A DNA stretch of 64,000 nt from Thermodesulfobacteriota bacterium (GTDB lineage Bacteria; Desulfobacterota_D; UBA1144; Nemesobacterales; UBA2774), in assembly GCA_965216785.1 (NCBI GenBank), contig OZ244197.1:1792001-1856000 (forward strand), given 5' to 3'. How positions within the stretch are numbered: position 1 is the stretch's first letter; each line of letters opens with the position of its first letter. The notes under the pieces were generated by a model that was given only the letters and a program-made list of their open reading frames with translations, ran no database searches and had not been told where the DNA came from. The position numbers and the translations under genes are program-made. Shown here piece after piece: positions 1-10,495 of this stretch.

Positions 1-1614
1 GAGTCTGAGGGGCTTACCTCTTCAGATATCGATCTAGACGGGAAACAGGATATTGTCGGGGGTGGGCGATGGTTTAAGCACGTCGGTGAAAATAATTATG
101 AACCCGAGACAATAGACGACGCGCAGAGCTTCTCACGGGTAAAGGTGGGGCAGTTAGTTAAGGGTGGCCGGCCCGAAGTGGTTTTTGTCATAGGAGACGG
201 CGTGGGGCCGCTCAAATGGTATGAGTGGAAAAACGGGACGTGGGTAGGGCATGATTTGCTGCCATTTGATGTTGACCACGGTCACTCGCTTGAGATTGAG
301 GATATGGACGGCGACGGCAATCTGGACATATTCTCCGCGGAAATGAGGCTTGACGGTACAAACGAAGATGCTAAAACATGGATTTTTTACGGGGACGGCA
401 GCGGGAATTTTACCCGGAGACAGCTTGCCGAAGGGTTTGGCAATCATGAATCCAAGGTTGGAGACCTGGACAACGACGGCGATCCCGACATTTTGGTTAA
501 GCCTTACAACTGGGATGCCCCGCGCGTAGACGTACTGCTCAATAATTGGGATTGGGAGCGTCATGAAATCGACTCGGATAAGCCTTCTAGGAGCATTTTT
601 GTAAAATCAGGAGACCTGGACGGAGACGGGAAAAAAGACATAGTTACCGGGGGCTTCTGGTACAAAAACCCCGGCATAATCAACGCAAAATGGGAGCGTT
701 TCCCGATTGGTGACTCATTTAATAATATGGCGTTGGCCCATGATTTCGACGGCGACGGGGATATGGATCTCCTAGGCACAGAAGGACGGGGCTCTGACCC
801 CAATTCTACATTGCTTTGGGCCGAAAATGACAGCTCGGGAAATTTTAAAATACATAAAAACTTGCCCCCCGGGGACGGTGATTTCCTTCAGGGAGTAGCT
901 GCTGATAGTTTTCAAGAGGGGGGTACTCAGGTCGCGATGTCATGGCATGAAGAGGGGAAGTGGATTCAGATGTTGACAGTTCCGGAAAATCCCGCAGAGA
1001 AGAGATGGACTATCTCAAAAATAATGGATTTTTCCCAGGATGAAGCGCTTAGCTCGGGCGATATAGACAGCGACGGCGATCAGGACTTGCTTTTGGGTAC
1101 AAAATGGCTTCGCAATGACGGTTCGTTCTGGGAGATAATGACAGTAAGCGACACTGCCGATCCGCCTGACCGCAACCGTCTAGCCGATATAAACAGGGAC
1201 GGCAAGCTCGATGCGGTAGTGGGTTTTGAGGCAATTAACAAACCGGGCAAGCTCGTCTGGTATGAGCAAAAAGGTGAACTGCCATCTTTAGAATGGGAAG
1301 AGCATTTGATCGGAGTTATTACGGGGCCCATGAGTCTTGATGTAGGTGATTTAGATCAAGATGGCGACCTCGACGTAGTGGCGGGAGAACACAATACCGA
1401 GCAGCCGTCGAGAGCTACAACTTATTTTTTTGAGAATAAAGACGGCACTGGTACGAATTGGATAGCTCACAAATTACATATAGGTGACGAGCATCACGAC
1501 GGTACTGAACTTGACGATATTGATGGTGACGGGGACCTCGATATCATTTCAATCGGCTGGACGCACCCAAGAGTAATAATTTATGAAAATAAACTGTCTC
1601 CGGGAAGTTCCTGA
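1..1614 (+). CDS. FG-GAP/VCBS repeat protein (5' end outside window)
   Basis: Frame is open from base 1; many DxDGDGDxD Ca-binding repeats (e.g. GDLDNDGDPDI, GDIDSDGDQDL). Confidence 0.85.
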   Translation, partial: ESEGLTSSDIDLDGKQDIVGGGRWFKHVGENNYEPETIDDAQSFSRVKVGQLVKGGRPEVVFVIGDGVGPLKWYEWKNGTWVGHDLLPFDVDHGHSLEIEDMDGDGNLDIFSAEMRLDGTNEDAKTWIFYGDGSGNFTRRQLAEGFGNHESKVGDLDNDGDPDILVKPYNWDAPRVDVLLNNWDWERHEIDSDKPSRSIFVKSGDLDGDGKKDIVTGGFWYKNPGIINAKWERFPIGDSFNNMALAHDFDGDGDMDLLGTEGRGSDPNSTLLWAENDSSGNFKIHKNLPPGDGDFLQGVAADSFQEGGTQVAMSWHEEGKWIQMLTVPENPAEKRWTISKIMDFSQDEALSSGDIDSDGDQDLLLGTKWLRNDGSFWEIMTVSDTADPPDRNRLADINRDGKLDAVVGFEAINKPGKLVWYEQKGELPSLEWEEHLIGVITGPMSLDVGDLDQDGDLDVVAGEHNTEQPSRATTYFFENKDGTGTNWIAHKLHIGDEHHDGTELDDIDGDGDLDIISIGWTHPRVIIYENKLSPGSS

Positions 1615-1677
1615 TTTTGCTTTTATGAATATTCCGGGGCTATTAAAAAATATATGAAGGTAATCTGAGCTTCTATT

Positions 1678-2790
1678 ATGAAATCAAATACGAAATCACA
1701 ATCGAAGAAGATATTCCCCAAAATTATCCTGGTAATGGTTTCGCTAATCTTTACGTTGTTTTTAGCTGAAATCGCCTTGAGATATTATTTTTTTGGAAGT
1801 CTTTCGATAGCAGCTAAAACACCTGACAGTAAGTTCATAGGTTATGACGAGCAACTGGGTTGGTCTAATATTCCCAATTCAGAGGGATACTTCGAGAACT
1901 ACAAAGAGGGATTTAAAGGCTACGTAAAATTTGATGAGAACGGAATTAGGGTAAACGATAATAATTTAGATAATGAGGGTGAGGCGATACTGATAGTGGG
2001 CGACTCAGTGACTGCGGGTATGGAAGTCGATAATAACGAAACATATTCGGCAGTTCTAGAGAGGATGTTTTTCGAAAATGGCTGTGAGTACAGGGTCTAT
2101 AACGCGGGGGTGCGCGGCTATGGGACAGATCAATCTTTTTGGAATATGGAAAGATTAGTAGAAATTATTAACCCGAAGTACGTCATTTATATGTTTACCA
2201 GTAACGACTTGCAGGATAATAAAACCATAAAGCAATCCAATAGGGTAGATGGAAAACCGGTGTTTATTTTCGATGAAAATAAGCTTACTGTGACAAACAG
2301 GCCCGCTAAAAAACTTGAAACGAACCGCTTCGCGTTTGTTACTTATAACGGCGATGGCTATGAGATCTACGAAGGTGATATAGATGAAAACCTGCGGTCG
2401 GTAATGGAATTTATTAAAAACAATTTTGCCCTGTATTATCCGCTGAACGTTCTGTATCAACAACTGCAAGTCTCTCCTATGGCTGTACTTGAAACAAAGG
2501 CCGAATACCCTGACATGGAGATTCTGGAGCTTATTTTACAATCGATGAAAAGAGATGACATAGAATTGTTTATTACATCCTTCCCATATGATGGTGAAGA
2601 GGTATACATCGATGATTTTATAAGAATATCGGACAAGCAGGGCATGACATACTTAAATATTTATCCCTATTTTACTGAACAATGGGAGAATTATCATTGG
2701 AAGAAAGATAGGCACTGGAATGAAAAAGGCCATCTCCAGGCGGCAACAGGGTTATACGAGCTTCTAAGCCCCCAATTATGTGATAACTAG
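1678..2790 (+). CDS. SGNH/GDSL hydrolase-family protein with N-terminal membrane anchor
   Basis: N-terminal TM; GDSVTAG block I, NAGVRGYG block II, SND block III, DRHWN block V. Confidence 0.8.
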   Translation: MKSNTKSQSKKIFPKIILVMVSLIFTLFLAEIALRYYFFGSLSIAAKTPDSKFIGYDEQLGWSNIPNSEGYFENYKEGFKGYVKFDENGIRVNDNNLDNEGEAILIVGDSVTAGMEVDNNETYSAVLERMFFENGCEYRVYNAGVRGYGTDQSFWNMERLVEIINPKYVIYMFTSNDLQDNKTIKQSNRVDGKPVFIFDENKLTVTNRPAKKLETNRFAFVTYNGDGYEIYEGDIDENLRSVMEFIKNNFALYYPLNVLYQQLQVSPMAVLETKAEYPDMEILELILQSMKRDDIELFITSFPYDGEEVYIDDFIRISDKQGMTYLNIYPYFTEQWENYHWKKDRHWNEKGHLQAATGLYELLSPQLCDN

Positions 2791-2912
2791 ACGCTCTTCA
2801 GTTCGGACAAATGATAAACGCGTGCGCGGTATAAGACAAAGCTGTGAGTTAATCTAAATTAGTTGTTTCCCACGAAAAAATAGTTTTCTATACGAGTAAG
2901 GAGCCCGCTACG

Positions 2913-3197
2913 ATGCAAAAAATATTGACTTTAAATAATCAGGAAAAAGAAATAGAAAAACCGAGTATTCCCCGTAGATTCTGGGAATGGTGGAAAAGGG
3001 TCGCGAGAAAAATCGGCGACTTTAATGCCAGAGTTATACTCACCATTTTTTACCTCATACTCTTAAGCCCTTTTGCTCTTGCGGTGAGGTTTTTAACCGA
3101 CCCGTTAAGTATTAAGAAGAAGACCGAAAAAAGATGGATTACCAGGGAAGAGGATGAGGAGACGACCCCTATGGAAAGGGCCGCCAGGCAGTCCTGA
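2913..3197 (+). CDS. SxtJ-like small membrane protein
   Basis: IGDFNARVILTIFYLILLSPF..DPL motif; directly upstream of a carbamoyltransferase. Confidence 0.7.
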   Translation: MQKILTLNNQEKEIEKPSIPRRFWEWWKRVARKIGDFNARVILTIFYLILLSPFALAVRFLTDPLSIKKKTEKRWITREEDEETTPMERAARQS

Positions 3198-3292
3198 ATA
3201 TCCGGGGAGGGGGATGTTCACCTGACATTATCTGTTATATCTCATGCATACCACAGACATTTACACTAAGATTCGAAAAGGAGTTTTATAAT

Positions 3293-5083
3293 ATGTATAT
3301 ACTAGGTATATCCTGTTATTTCCACGACGCCTCGGCGGCGTTGCTAAAGGACGGAGTCCTCGTCGCGGCTGCCGAAGAAGAGCGCTTCTCGCGCGTAAAG
3401 CACGACTTTGAGTTCCCTGAGAAGGCTATAGAGTTTTGCCTTGCGACCGAAGGTATAGAAGCTCAGGACGTGGACTATGTAATGTTTTTTGAAAAACCTT
3501 TCGTTAAGTTCGAAAGGCTTCTGCTCTGTACTATGCAGACGTTCCCAAGATCGATGAAGCTCTTCCGGGAGGCGATGGTTACGTGGCTTGGAGACAAGCT
3601 CTGGGTAAAGCACCTTCTCCAGAATAAACTCGGCATCTCTCCTGAAAAGATTCTATTCAGCGAGCACCATCTCTCTCACGCGGCTAGCAGCTTTTACTGC
3701 TCACCGTTCGATGAATCCGCCATACTAACAGTTGACGGGGTGGGTGAATGGACAACTGCCGCGCTTGGAGTAGGGAAGGGGACAGATATCAAGCTGATAA
3801 AAGAAATTAACTTTCCCCATTCCCTTGGGCTTCTGTACAGCGCTTTTACCGCCTTTTTGGGCTTTGAGGTAAATGAAGGGGAGTACAAAGTGATGGGCAT
3901 GGCGCCTTTCGGAGAGCCAAAGTACGTAGACAGGGTATACGAAACCGTGAAAGTGGATGACGACGGCGGGTTTGAGCTCGATATGGATCTTTTCTCCTTT
4001 CATTACTCTTCGGAGAAGACGTTTAATAAAAATTTCGAGAATATATTCGGTCCTCCAAGAGACTCAGGATTGAATTTCTTCACGCCCACAAGCGGATTTC
4101 CTTCATACTTCGGCGAGAAGCCGGCCAATTTCGAAGAGCTCGGGCGCCAAAACCAGTACTATGCCGATATAGCGGCCAGCATCCAGGTAGTTACAGAGGA
4201 AATAATGGTCAGAATGGCCAATTACGCCTACAAAGAGACCGGGATGAGCAAACTCTGCATGGCCGGCGGGTGCGCGTTAAACAGTGTCGCCAATAGACGC
4301 ATACTTAAAGAAACACCTTTTGAAGAGATATACATTCACCCGGCCGCCGGAGACGGAGGGGCCGCCGTTGGCGCCGCTCTCTACGGCTATCACTCGTTGC
4401 TGGGAAAACCCCGGCACTTTATCATGGAGCACGCGTACTGGGGTCAGGAGCATTCACCCGAGGACACACAGAAGTTCCTTAAGGAAAACGATATACCTTA
4501 CGATTTTATAGAGGATGACGATAAGCTAATAGAACGGGTTACGCAAGGACTTGTTGACGGTAAAGTGGTGGGCTGGCACCAGGGACGTTTTGAATGGGGC
4601 CCGAGGGCGCTTGGCAACAGGAGTATAATCGCAGACCCGGGACGCACCGATATGAAAGATATCGTCAACGTGAAGATCAAATTCAGAGAGCCTTTCCGCC
4701 CATTTGCCCCCTCTGTACTGGTTGATAGGGCCGCGGAGTATTTTGACCTCGAAGATGTGGAAAAACACTATCCGGCAAGATTTATGCTATACGTCACAGA
4801 TGTTAAAGAAGATAAGCGAGAGAAACTCCCGGCAATCACGCACGTAGACGGTACCGGAAGGCTCCAGACCGTAATTGAAGATTTAAACCCCAAGTACTAC
4901 AAGCTTATAGAGTCCATGGGCGACGCCACAGGAGTGCCCGTAGTGTTAAACACCTCTTTTAATTTAAAGGGCGAGCCTATAGTGAACACGCCTGCGGAGG
5001 CTTTCAATTCCTTTAACGCAAGCGGTATGGACTTACTCGTAATTGGCAATTATGTGGTAGATAAAAACGCGCTTAGAATTTGA
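3293..5083 (+). CDS. Carbamoyltransferase, NodU/CmcH/SxtI family
   Basis: ILGISCYFHDASAAL, EEERFSRxKH, HHLSHAAS, GPRALGNRS, LNTSFN motifs. Confidence 0.95.
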   Translation: MYILGISCYFHDASAALLKDGVLVAAAEEERFSRVKHDFEFPEKAIEFCLATEGIEAQDVDYVMFFEKPFVKFERLLLCTMQTFPRSMKLFREAMVTWLGDKLWVKHLLQNKLGISPEKILFSEHHLSHAASSFYCSPFDESAILTVDGVGEWTTAALGVGKGTDIKLIKEINFPHSLGLLYSAFTAFLGFEVNEGEYKVMGMAPFGEPKYVDRVYETVKVDDDGGFELDMDLFSFHYSSEKTFNKNFENIFGPPRDSGLNFFTPTSGFPSYFGEKPANFEELGRQNQYYADIAASIQVVTEEIMVRMANYAYKETGMSKLCMAGGCALNSVANRRILKETPFEEIYIHPAAGDGGAAVGAALYGYHSLLGKPRHFIMEHAYWGQEHSPEDTQKFLKENDIPYDFIEDDDKLIERVTQGLVDGKVVGWHQGRFEWGPRALGNRSIIADPGRTDMKDIVNVKIKFREPFRPFAPSVLVDRAAEYFDLEDVEKHYPARFMLYVTDVKEDKREKLPAITHVDGTGRLQTVIEDLNPKYYKLIESMGDATGVPVVLNTSFNLKGEPIVNTPAEAFNSFNASGMDLLVIGNYVVDKNALRI

Positions 5084-5123
5084 TCGGCTTTATCAAATAT
5101 ACATGTAGGAGGAACTATAAATT

Positions 5124-5303
5124 ATGTCATTTCTAAAGGGATTAACCAACAGAATGGGGATAGCAGGGGAGCTTCTTCAGTTCTTTGTTCAGAACAAGTG
5201 GTGGTGGATTACCCCTATGCTTCTCATTTTACTCATGTTCGGATTTTTAATCGTTTTCGCTCAGAGCTCTGCAGTGGCTCCTTTTATCTATACTCTATTT
5301 TAA
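5124..5303 (+). CDS. SxtK-like (DUF5989) 59-aa membrane peptide, below the ORF-track cutoff
   Basis: Translated by hand: MSFLKGLTNRMGIAGELLQFFVQNKWWWITPMLLILLMFGFLIVFAQSSAVAPFIYTLF; AGGAGG upstream; KWW..P and APFIYTLF terminus are typical of the family. Confidence 0.85.
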   Translation: MSFLKGLTNRMGIAGELLQFFVQNKWWWITPMLLILLMFGFLIVFAQSSAVAPFIYTLF

Positions 5304-5381
5304 TAGATAGGTTCTGTAGTAGAACCTCATTTGATGAAAAGTAAGTTTTTGACCGAACATAATCGGAGGAGATAAATACAG

Positions 5382-6686
5382 ATGAAATCAAAAGCGGCTG
5401 AGTTATTAGCGCCAAATACTTTTATTGAGCTTAGTTGTCCGGGTTGCTACGCAAAGAAAGTGGCGATATTTTATGACATTCGAGACCTGCCTGTCCATAG
5501 CGTTCTTCTTCTGAATACGAGGGAAGAGGCTTTAAACTACCCTAAGGGGAATATTGCGCTCGGGTTCTGCTGGTCTTGCGGACTGGTCTCTAACTATGCG
5601 TTTAACGCAAGCATGCATGAGTATTCGGGCAAGTACGAGTCATCTCAGGCCTTTTCCCCAACATTTAACAGTTTCTCTAATCGACTGGCTGAGTCTCTGA
5701 TAAATCAGTACGGTCTTTATAATAAAAATATTATAGAAATTGGCTGCGGACAGGGCGAGTTTATAACTCATCTGGTACAGCTGGGCGGCAATCACGGCAT
5801 TGGTTTTGACCCGGCTTATGAAGGCTCCAGAAGCTACAACCTCCCGGAAATTCCATCAAGCGTAGTGAGTCTGTCCAAGAGCCGCGAAGGGCTCTTAAAT
5901 AGGGAGCATTCCAATTCGTGCGGTGGGTGCGTTACGTTTGTGAGTGACTTTTATGGAGAGAAATACCGGACTCTGGATACTGACTTTATATGCTGTAAGA
6001 TGACCCTTGAGCATATTCAAGACACCTCAAATTTTATAAGAACTGTCAGAAATTCTCTGCAGATCGGAAGTGAGGCGGTAGTATTTTTTCAAATACCCGA
6101 ATTTACGCGCGTTCTCGATGAGCTTGCCTTTTGGGATATTTACTATGAGCACTGCTCTTATTTCTCCCCTGGCTCCCTCGCCCGTCTGTTCCATAGCAGC
6201 GGTTTTGAAGTAAGGGACATCTGGACTGATTATGACGATCAGTACTTGATGATTGAAGCAGGCCCGAATGGAAACGGAAACGCCGCTCATCCTGTGCTTG
6301 ATAACGATATTGAGGATCTCGGCAGCAAAATAGATAACTTCTCAAAAAATTGCGGTCAAAAGATTGACGCATGGAAGGGCCGCTTAAAAGAGATCGGAGA
6401 GAGGGGTCTTAAAGCGGTTCTCTGGGGATCGAGCTCTAAAAGCGTCGCGTTTCTAACGACCTTAAAGATTCCATATAGTGATATTGAATACGTTGTGGAT
6501 ATAAACCCGCACAGACAGGGAAGCTATATGGCGGGCACAGGGCAAAAAATTGTTTCTCCGGAGTTTTTGCTAGATTACAAGCCGGATATCGTTATTGTGA
6601 TGAACCCGATTTATTCTGAGGAAATAAAAACGCAGCTCAAAAGCATGAGATTAGAGCCTGAGATACTTACGGTTAATGATGTATGA
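5382..6686 (+). CDS. NDP-hexose C-methyltransferase-like SAM-dependent methyltransferase, paralog 1
   Basis: CPGC..CWSC Zn motif, EIGCGQG SAM motif, YYEH, C-terminal WG...VDINP domain. Confidence 0.8.
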   Translation: MKSKAAELLAPNTFIELSCPGCYAKKVAIFYDIRDLPVHSVLLLNTREEALNYPKGNIALGFCWSCGLVSNYAFNASMHEYSGKYESSQAFSPTFNSFSNRLAESLINQYGLYNKNIIEIGCGQGEFITHLVQLGGNHGIGFDPAYEGSRSYNLPEIPSSVVSLSKSREGLLNREHSNSCGGCVTFVSDFYGEKYRTLDTDFICCKMTLEHIQDTSNFIRTVRNSLQIGSEAVVFFQIPEFTRVLDELAFWDIYYEHCSYFSPGSLARLFHSSGFEVRDIWTDYDDQYLMIEAGPNGNGNAAHPVLDNDIEDLGSKIDNFSKNCGQKIDAWKGRLKEIGERGLKAVLWGSSSKSVAFLTTLKIPYSDIEYVVDINPHRQGSYMAGTGQKIVSPEFLLDYKPDIVIVMNPIYSEEIKTQLKSMRLEPEILTVNDV

Positions 6687-6747
6687 ACGCCTATTTGACC
6701 ACTCTCAGATAGCGGTTAATTGCTTACTTGGAAGGGGCCTCAACAAA

Positions 6748-6777
6748 GCCGGCATTAAAGCCGCTTTAATGGCCGGC
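6748..6777. terminator. Strong intergenic hairpin (terminator or mRNA stabiliser)
   Basis: gccggcattaaag-ccg-ctttaatg(g)ccggc; no clear U-tract on the + strand. Confidence 0.45.
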
Positions 6778-6819
6778 GAAAAATTTAGATTACATACAAG
6801 AGTGTAAAGAGGGAAAATT

Positions 6820-7998
6820 ATGCCTAATACTTGTCCCATATGTGAATCAAAGAGTAATTCCATATTTCTTTCACTTACTCAGGTGCCTGTTCATTGCAAT
6901 TTGATTTGCGAGGAACAGGCCGATGCCATAAATACTCCAAAAGGTGATATTGAGCTTACCTTGTGTAATGATTGCGGCCACGTATATAACTCCGCTTTCA
7001 ATACGAAGCTTATGGAATATTCTGGGAGTTATGAAAACTCCTTACATTTTTCCGAAAGGTTCCGGGAATATATTAATTGGCTCGCGGACCAGTTAATAGT
7101 GCGCTATGCCCTTTATGATAAAAAGATCGCTGAAATAGGTTGTGGCCAGGGGGACTTTTTAAGACTGGTATGCGAGAAAGGCGGCAATACGGGGATAGGT
7201 TTTGATCCGGGTTACAGGCCGGATCAGGATTTAAACGGGAGCCACGAAGCAGTAAGGATTGTTAATGAATTTTATTCCGGTCAATTATCCGGCTGCAGCG
7301 CGGACTTTCTTGTTTGCAGACACGTGCTCGAACATATATATGATCCGCAGAATTTCTTGAGTATGGTTAACAACGCAGTTGATAAGCAAACGAACGCGAA
7401 TTTATTCTTTGAGGTGCCAAGTTTACTGTGGACTCTCAGGGATCTTTCAATATGGGATATCATATATGAGCATTATTCATACTTTAGCTACAATTCGCTC
7501 AGCCAGCTTTTTATTAGGTGCGGATTAACTGTTAACGCAATTTATGAAACGTACGGGAAACAGTTTCTATGTATCGAAGCTTCCAAATCAAAGTCTCAAA
7601 CAGATGCATATGACCTTGATGCTGATAGTGTGAATGGGTTAGAAAACTATGTAGCGGATTTTACTGAGAAGTTTCAAAATAAAGTAGACACCGCAAATAA
7701 AATGTTAGCGGATGTAAAGCAGGCCAAAAAGAAAATTGTGCTGTGGGGAGCGGGCTCGAAGGGAGTTACTTTTTTGAACATCCTTAATATTAAGGATCAA
7801 GTTCGGTATGTTGTGGACATTAATCCTCGTAAGCACGGAAAGTATATTGCCGGCACCGGACAAGAAATTGTACGTCCCGAGTATTTAAAGTTATACAGAC
7901 CTGATTATATCGTTGTTATGAACCCTATTTACTTAAATGAGGTTGAACAGTATGCCAATAATGAGCTTGGATTATCTGCCAACCTTTTAACCGTATAG
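6820..7998 (+). CDS. NDP-hexose C-methyltransferase-like methyltransferase, paralog 2
   Basis: CPIC..CNDC, EIGCGQG, IYEH, WGAGSKG, VDINP; collinear with the upstream paralog. Confidence 0.8.
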   Translation: MPNTCPICESKSNSIFLSLTQVPVHCNLICEEQADAINTPKGDIELTLCNDCGHVYNSAFNTKLMEYSGSYENSLHFSERFREYINWLADQLIVRYALYDKKIAEIGCGQGDFLRLVCEKGGNTGIGFDPGYRPDQDLNGSHEAVRIVNEFYSGQLSGCSADFLVCRHVLEHIYDPQNFLSMVNNAVDKQTNANLFFEVPSLLWTLRDLSIWDIIYEHYSYFSYNSLSQLFIRCGLTVNAIYETYGKQFLCIEASKSKSQTDAYDLDADSVNGLENYVADFTEKFQNKVDTANKMLADVKQAKKKIVLWGAGSKGVTFLNILNIKDQVRYVVDINPRKHGKYIAGTGQEIVRPEYLKLYRPDYIVVMNPIYLNEVEQYANNELGLSANLLTV

Positions 7999-8090
7999 AG
8001 TTTTGCAGCTCTTTAAAATAGGTATAAGTTTTATAGTAGTTAAAATCGTTGAATAATCTATGCTAAATTCCAGAAACTGCAGAGGCACAT

Positions 8091-9134
8091 ATGAAAAAGG
8101 CACTAATAACCGGGATAACAGGACAAGACGGATCTTATCTCGCGGAGCTGCTGCTGTCTAAAGGTTATGAAACCCATGGTTTGATAAGAAGGTCGAGCAG
8201 CTTCAATACCGATAGGATCGATCATATATATGTTGATCCGCACGACCCCGATGCCAAACTGCATCTTCACTATGGAGATCTGAGCGATTCCAGCCAGCTG
8301 ACAAATTTAATATATAATATCGAGCCGGATGAGATATATCACCTGGGCGCACAAAGCCACGTTAGAGTGAGTTTTGAAATGCCCGAGTACAGCAATGACG
8401 TTACCGGACTCGGTACGGTACGGATACTTGAATCCATAAGGAAAAGCGGCATTAAATGTCGTTTTTATCAGGCGTCAAGCAGTGAGATGTTCGGGGCAAC
8501 GCCTCCGCCGCAGAATGAATTAACACCGTTTCAGCCCAGAAGCCCTTATGCGTGCGCTAAACTTATGGCTCACTGGACAGCCGTGAACTACAGGGACGGG
8601 TATGACCTGTTCGCCGTAACAGGAATACTTTTTAACCATGAATCTCCCCGAAGAGGAGAGACGTTTGTAACGAGAAAAATAACCAAGGCAATATCAAATA
8701 TACTTCTCGGCAGGCAGGACTATCTATTCCTGGGAAATTTAGAGCCGACGCGTGACTGGGGCTATGCGCCCGAGTATGTTGAGATGATGTGGGCCATGCT
8801 TCAGCAAGATAATCCCGAAGACTTTGTAGTCGGCACCGGGGAGACCCATTCGGTAAAAGAGTTCGTTGAGGAGGCTTTTTCTTACGCGGGGCTTGATTGG
8901 AAAGAATACGTGAAAACAGATCCTAACTACTTTCGGCCGACCGAGGTAGAAAGCCTAAAATCGGATCCCAGCAAGGCCAAGGATATTCTCGGATGGAAAG
9001 CAGCGGTCGGGTTCAGCGACCTCGTAAAAATAATGGTTGATGCTGATATGAGTGCAATGGGGCTTGAACCTGTAGGAGATGGTTACAAAATATTAAAAGA
9101 AAAATTTCCGGACAGATGGTGGAAAAGAGATTAA
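8091..9134 (+). CDS. gmd: GDP-mannose 4,6-dehydratase
   Basis: [46 protein letters not shown]. Confidence 0.97.
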   Translation: MKKALITGITGQDGSYLAELLLSKGYETHGLIRRSSSFNTDRIDHIYVDPHDPDAKLHLHYGDLSDSSQLTNLIYNIEPDEIYHLGAQSHVRVSFEMPEYSNDVTGLGTVRILESIRKSGIKCRFYQASSSEMFGATPPPQNELTPFQPRSPYACAKLMAHWTAVNYRDGYDLFAVTGILFNHESPRRGETFVTRKITKAISNILLGRQDYLFLGNLEPTRDWGYAPEYVEMMWAMLQQDNPEDFVVGTGETHSVKEFVEEAFSYAGLDWKEYVKTDPNYFRPTEVESLKSDPSKAKDILGWKAAVGFSDLVKIMVDADMSAMGLEPVGDGYKILKEKFPDRWWKRD

Positions 9135-9196
9135 AGAATCTTATAGAACAGGGTAAGTCGTCTTCGTATTATTGTTTATCACGATAGAAGGTAACT

Positions 9197-10135
9197 ATGG
9201 TTAACGATATAAGCTCAAAACGTATACTTTTAACCGGCGGCAGCGGGTTTCTCGGCTCTTTTGTTGTGGATGAACTTATTTCCAGAGGGGTTAAAAGGGA
9301 GAATATTGTAATACCCAGAAGCAGCGACCTTGATTTGAGAAAGTGGGAGAACTGCCAGAGCGCTGTAAAAGATGCGGATGTGGTTATACATCTTGCCGCA
9401 AGGGTAGGGGGTATAGGTTTTAACTTAAAATTCCCGGCTGAGCTTTTTTATGATAACGCAATTATGGGTATACAGCTTATGGAAGCTGCCAGACTATCTG
9501 GAGTCGAGAAGTTTGTGGCTGTCGGCACTGTCTGCGCCTATCCAAAATTCACCCCGGTACCTTTTAAAGAGGAGAATTTGTGGGACGGGTACCCGGAGGA
9601 GACGAACGCGCCCTACGGAGTGGCTAAAAAAGCCCTCCTGGTTCAGGCTCAGTCTTACAGGAAGCAATATGGGTTTAACGCCATATACCTTGTGCCGGTG
9701 AACCTCTACGGCCCGGGTGATCATTTTGATCCTGAGGACGCTCATGTGATTCCGGCGCTAATATTAAAGTTCTTTGATGCAAAGCTAAGGGGTTTGGATA
9801 AGGTTGTCGCCTGGGGTACAGGCAGCCCTTCAAGGGAGTTTCTCTACGTAAAAGACGCCGCGCGCGGAATTGTGATGGCGACCGAAGGGTATGACAAGGC
9901 CGACCCTGTGAACCTGGGTTCCGGAGAGGAAATCAGGATCAAAGATCTTGTAAATATGATAAAAGAGATGGTGGGTTATGAGGGGGAGCTTGAGTGGGAT
10001 ACCACACGTCCTGACGGACAGCCGAAGAGAAAACTCGATGTATCTAAGGCAATGGAGGAGTTCGGCTTTCAATCCGAGACATCCTTTAAAGAGGGACTGG
10101 CCAAAACAATTGAGTGGTATAAAGAAAATATGTGA
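9197..10135 (+). CDS. fcl: GDP-L-fucose synthase
   Basis: LAARVGGI, YGVAK, PVNLYGPGD, WGTGSPSREFL; follows gmd. Confidence 0.92.
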   Translation: MVNDISSKRILLTGGSGFLGSFVVDELISRGVKRENIVIPRSSDLDLRKWENCQSAVKDADVVIHLAARVGGIGFNLKFPAELFYDNAIMGIQLMEAARLSGVEKFVAVGTVCAYPKFTPVPFKEENLWDGYPEETNAPYGVAKKALLVQAQSYRKQYGFNAIYLVPVNLYGPGDHFDPEDAHVIPALILKFFDAKLRGLDKVVAWGTGSPSREFLYVKDAARGIVMATEGYDKADPVNLGSGEEIRIKDLVNMIKEMVGYEGELEWDTTRPDGQPKRKLDVSKAMEEFGFQSETSFKEGLAKTIEWYKENM

Positions 10136-10314
10136 CCGTAACTTTTCAATATGAAAATATGACCTCTCGCGTTTGTTATTTCTACTCCCTATTATGATCA
10201 AATCTTGTAGTACTTCCTCAAGAATGCGCGATACTTAAAAATATTTTTGTGTATATGAAAAAGAACTAGGACTATAATTAATATGGGTTATTATAGATTA
10301 GCAGAAAGATTGTT

Positions 10315-10445
10315 GCAGGCGAAAAAGGGCAAACCGCTAGAAATAGCGGGGCGCAAAGCTACTGGCCTAAGTCCCGGATCTTCTTTCTTAGTCACGTTTA
10401 TACGATAAGGCTTCTGATGGGATATGGCGGCAGAGTTGCCGGCTG
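10315..10445 (+). ncRNA. c-di-GMP-I (GEMM-I) riboswitch
   Basis: GGGCAAA-CCGCTA-GAAA-TAGCGG-GGCGCAAAGC...GGCCTAA...TATGGCGGCAGAGTTGCC matches the GEMM-I consensus (GAAA tetraloop with CCTAA/TATGG receptor); lies in the 5' leader of a secreted-protein gene. Confidence 0.88.
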
Positions 10446-10495
10446 GATAAACCCCTTCACGTCTGCAATCATTAACGGACTTGGAGAGGTGAGCA

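Noticed and set aside
2913-5303. Saxitoxin cluster (sxtI/J/K)
   Set aside because: No sxtA, sxtG or other core genes; the triplet is widespread and sits here among sugar genes.
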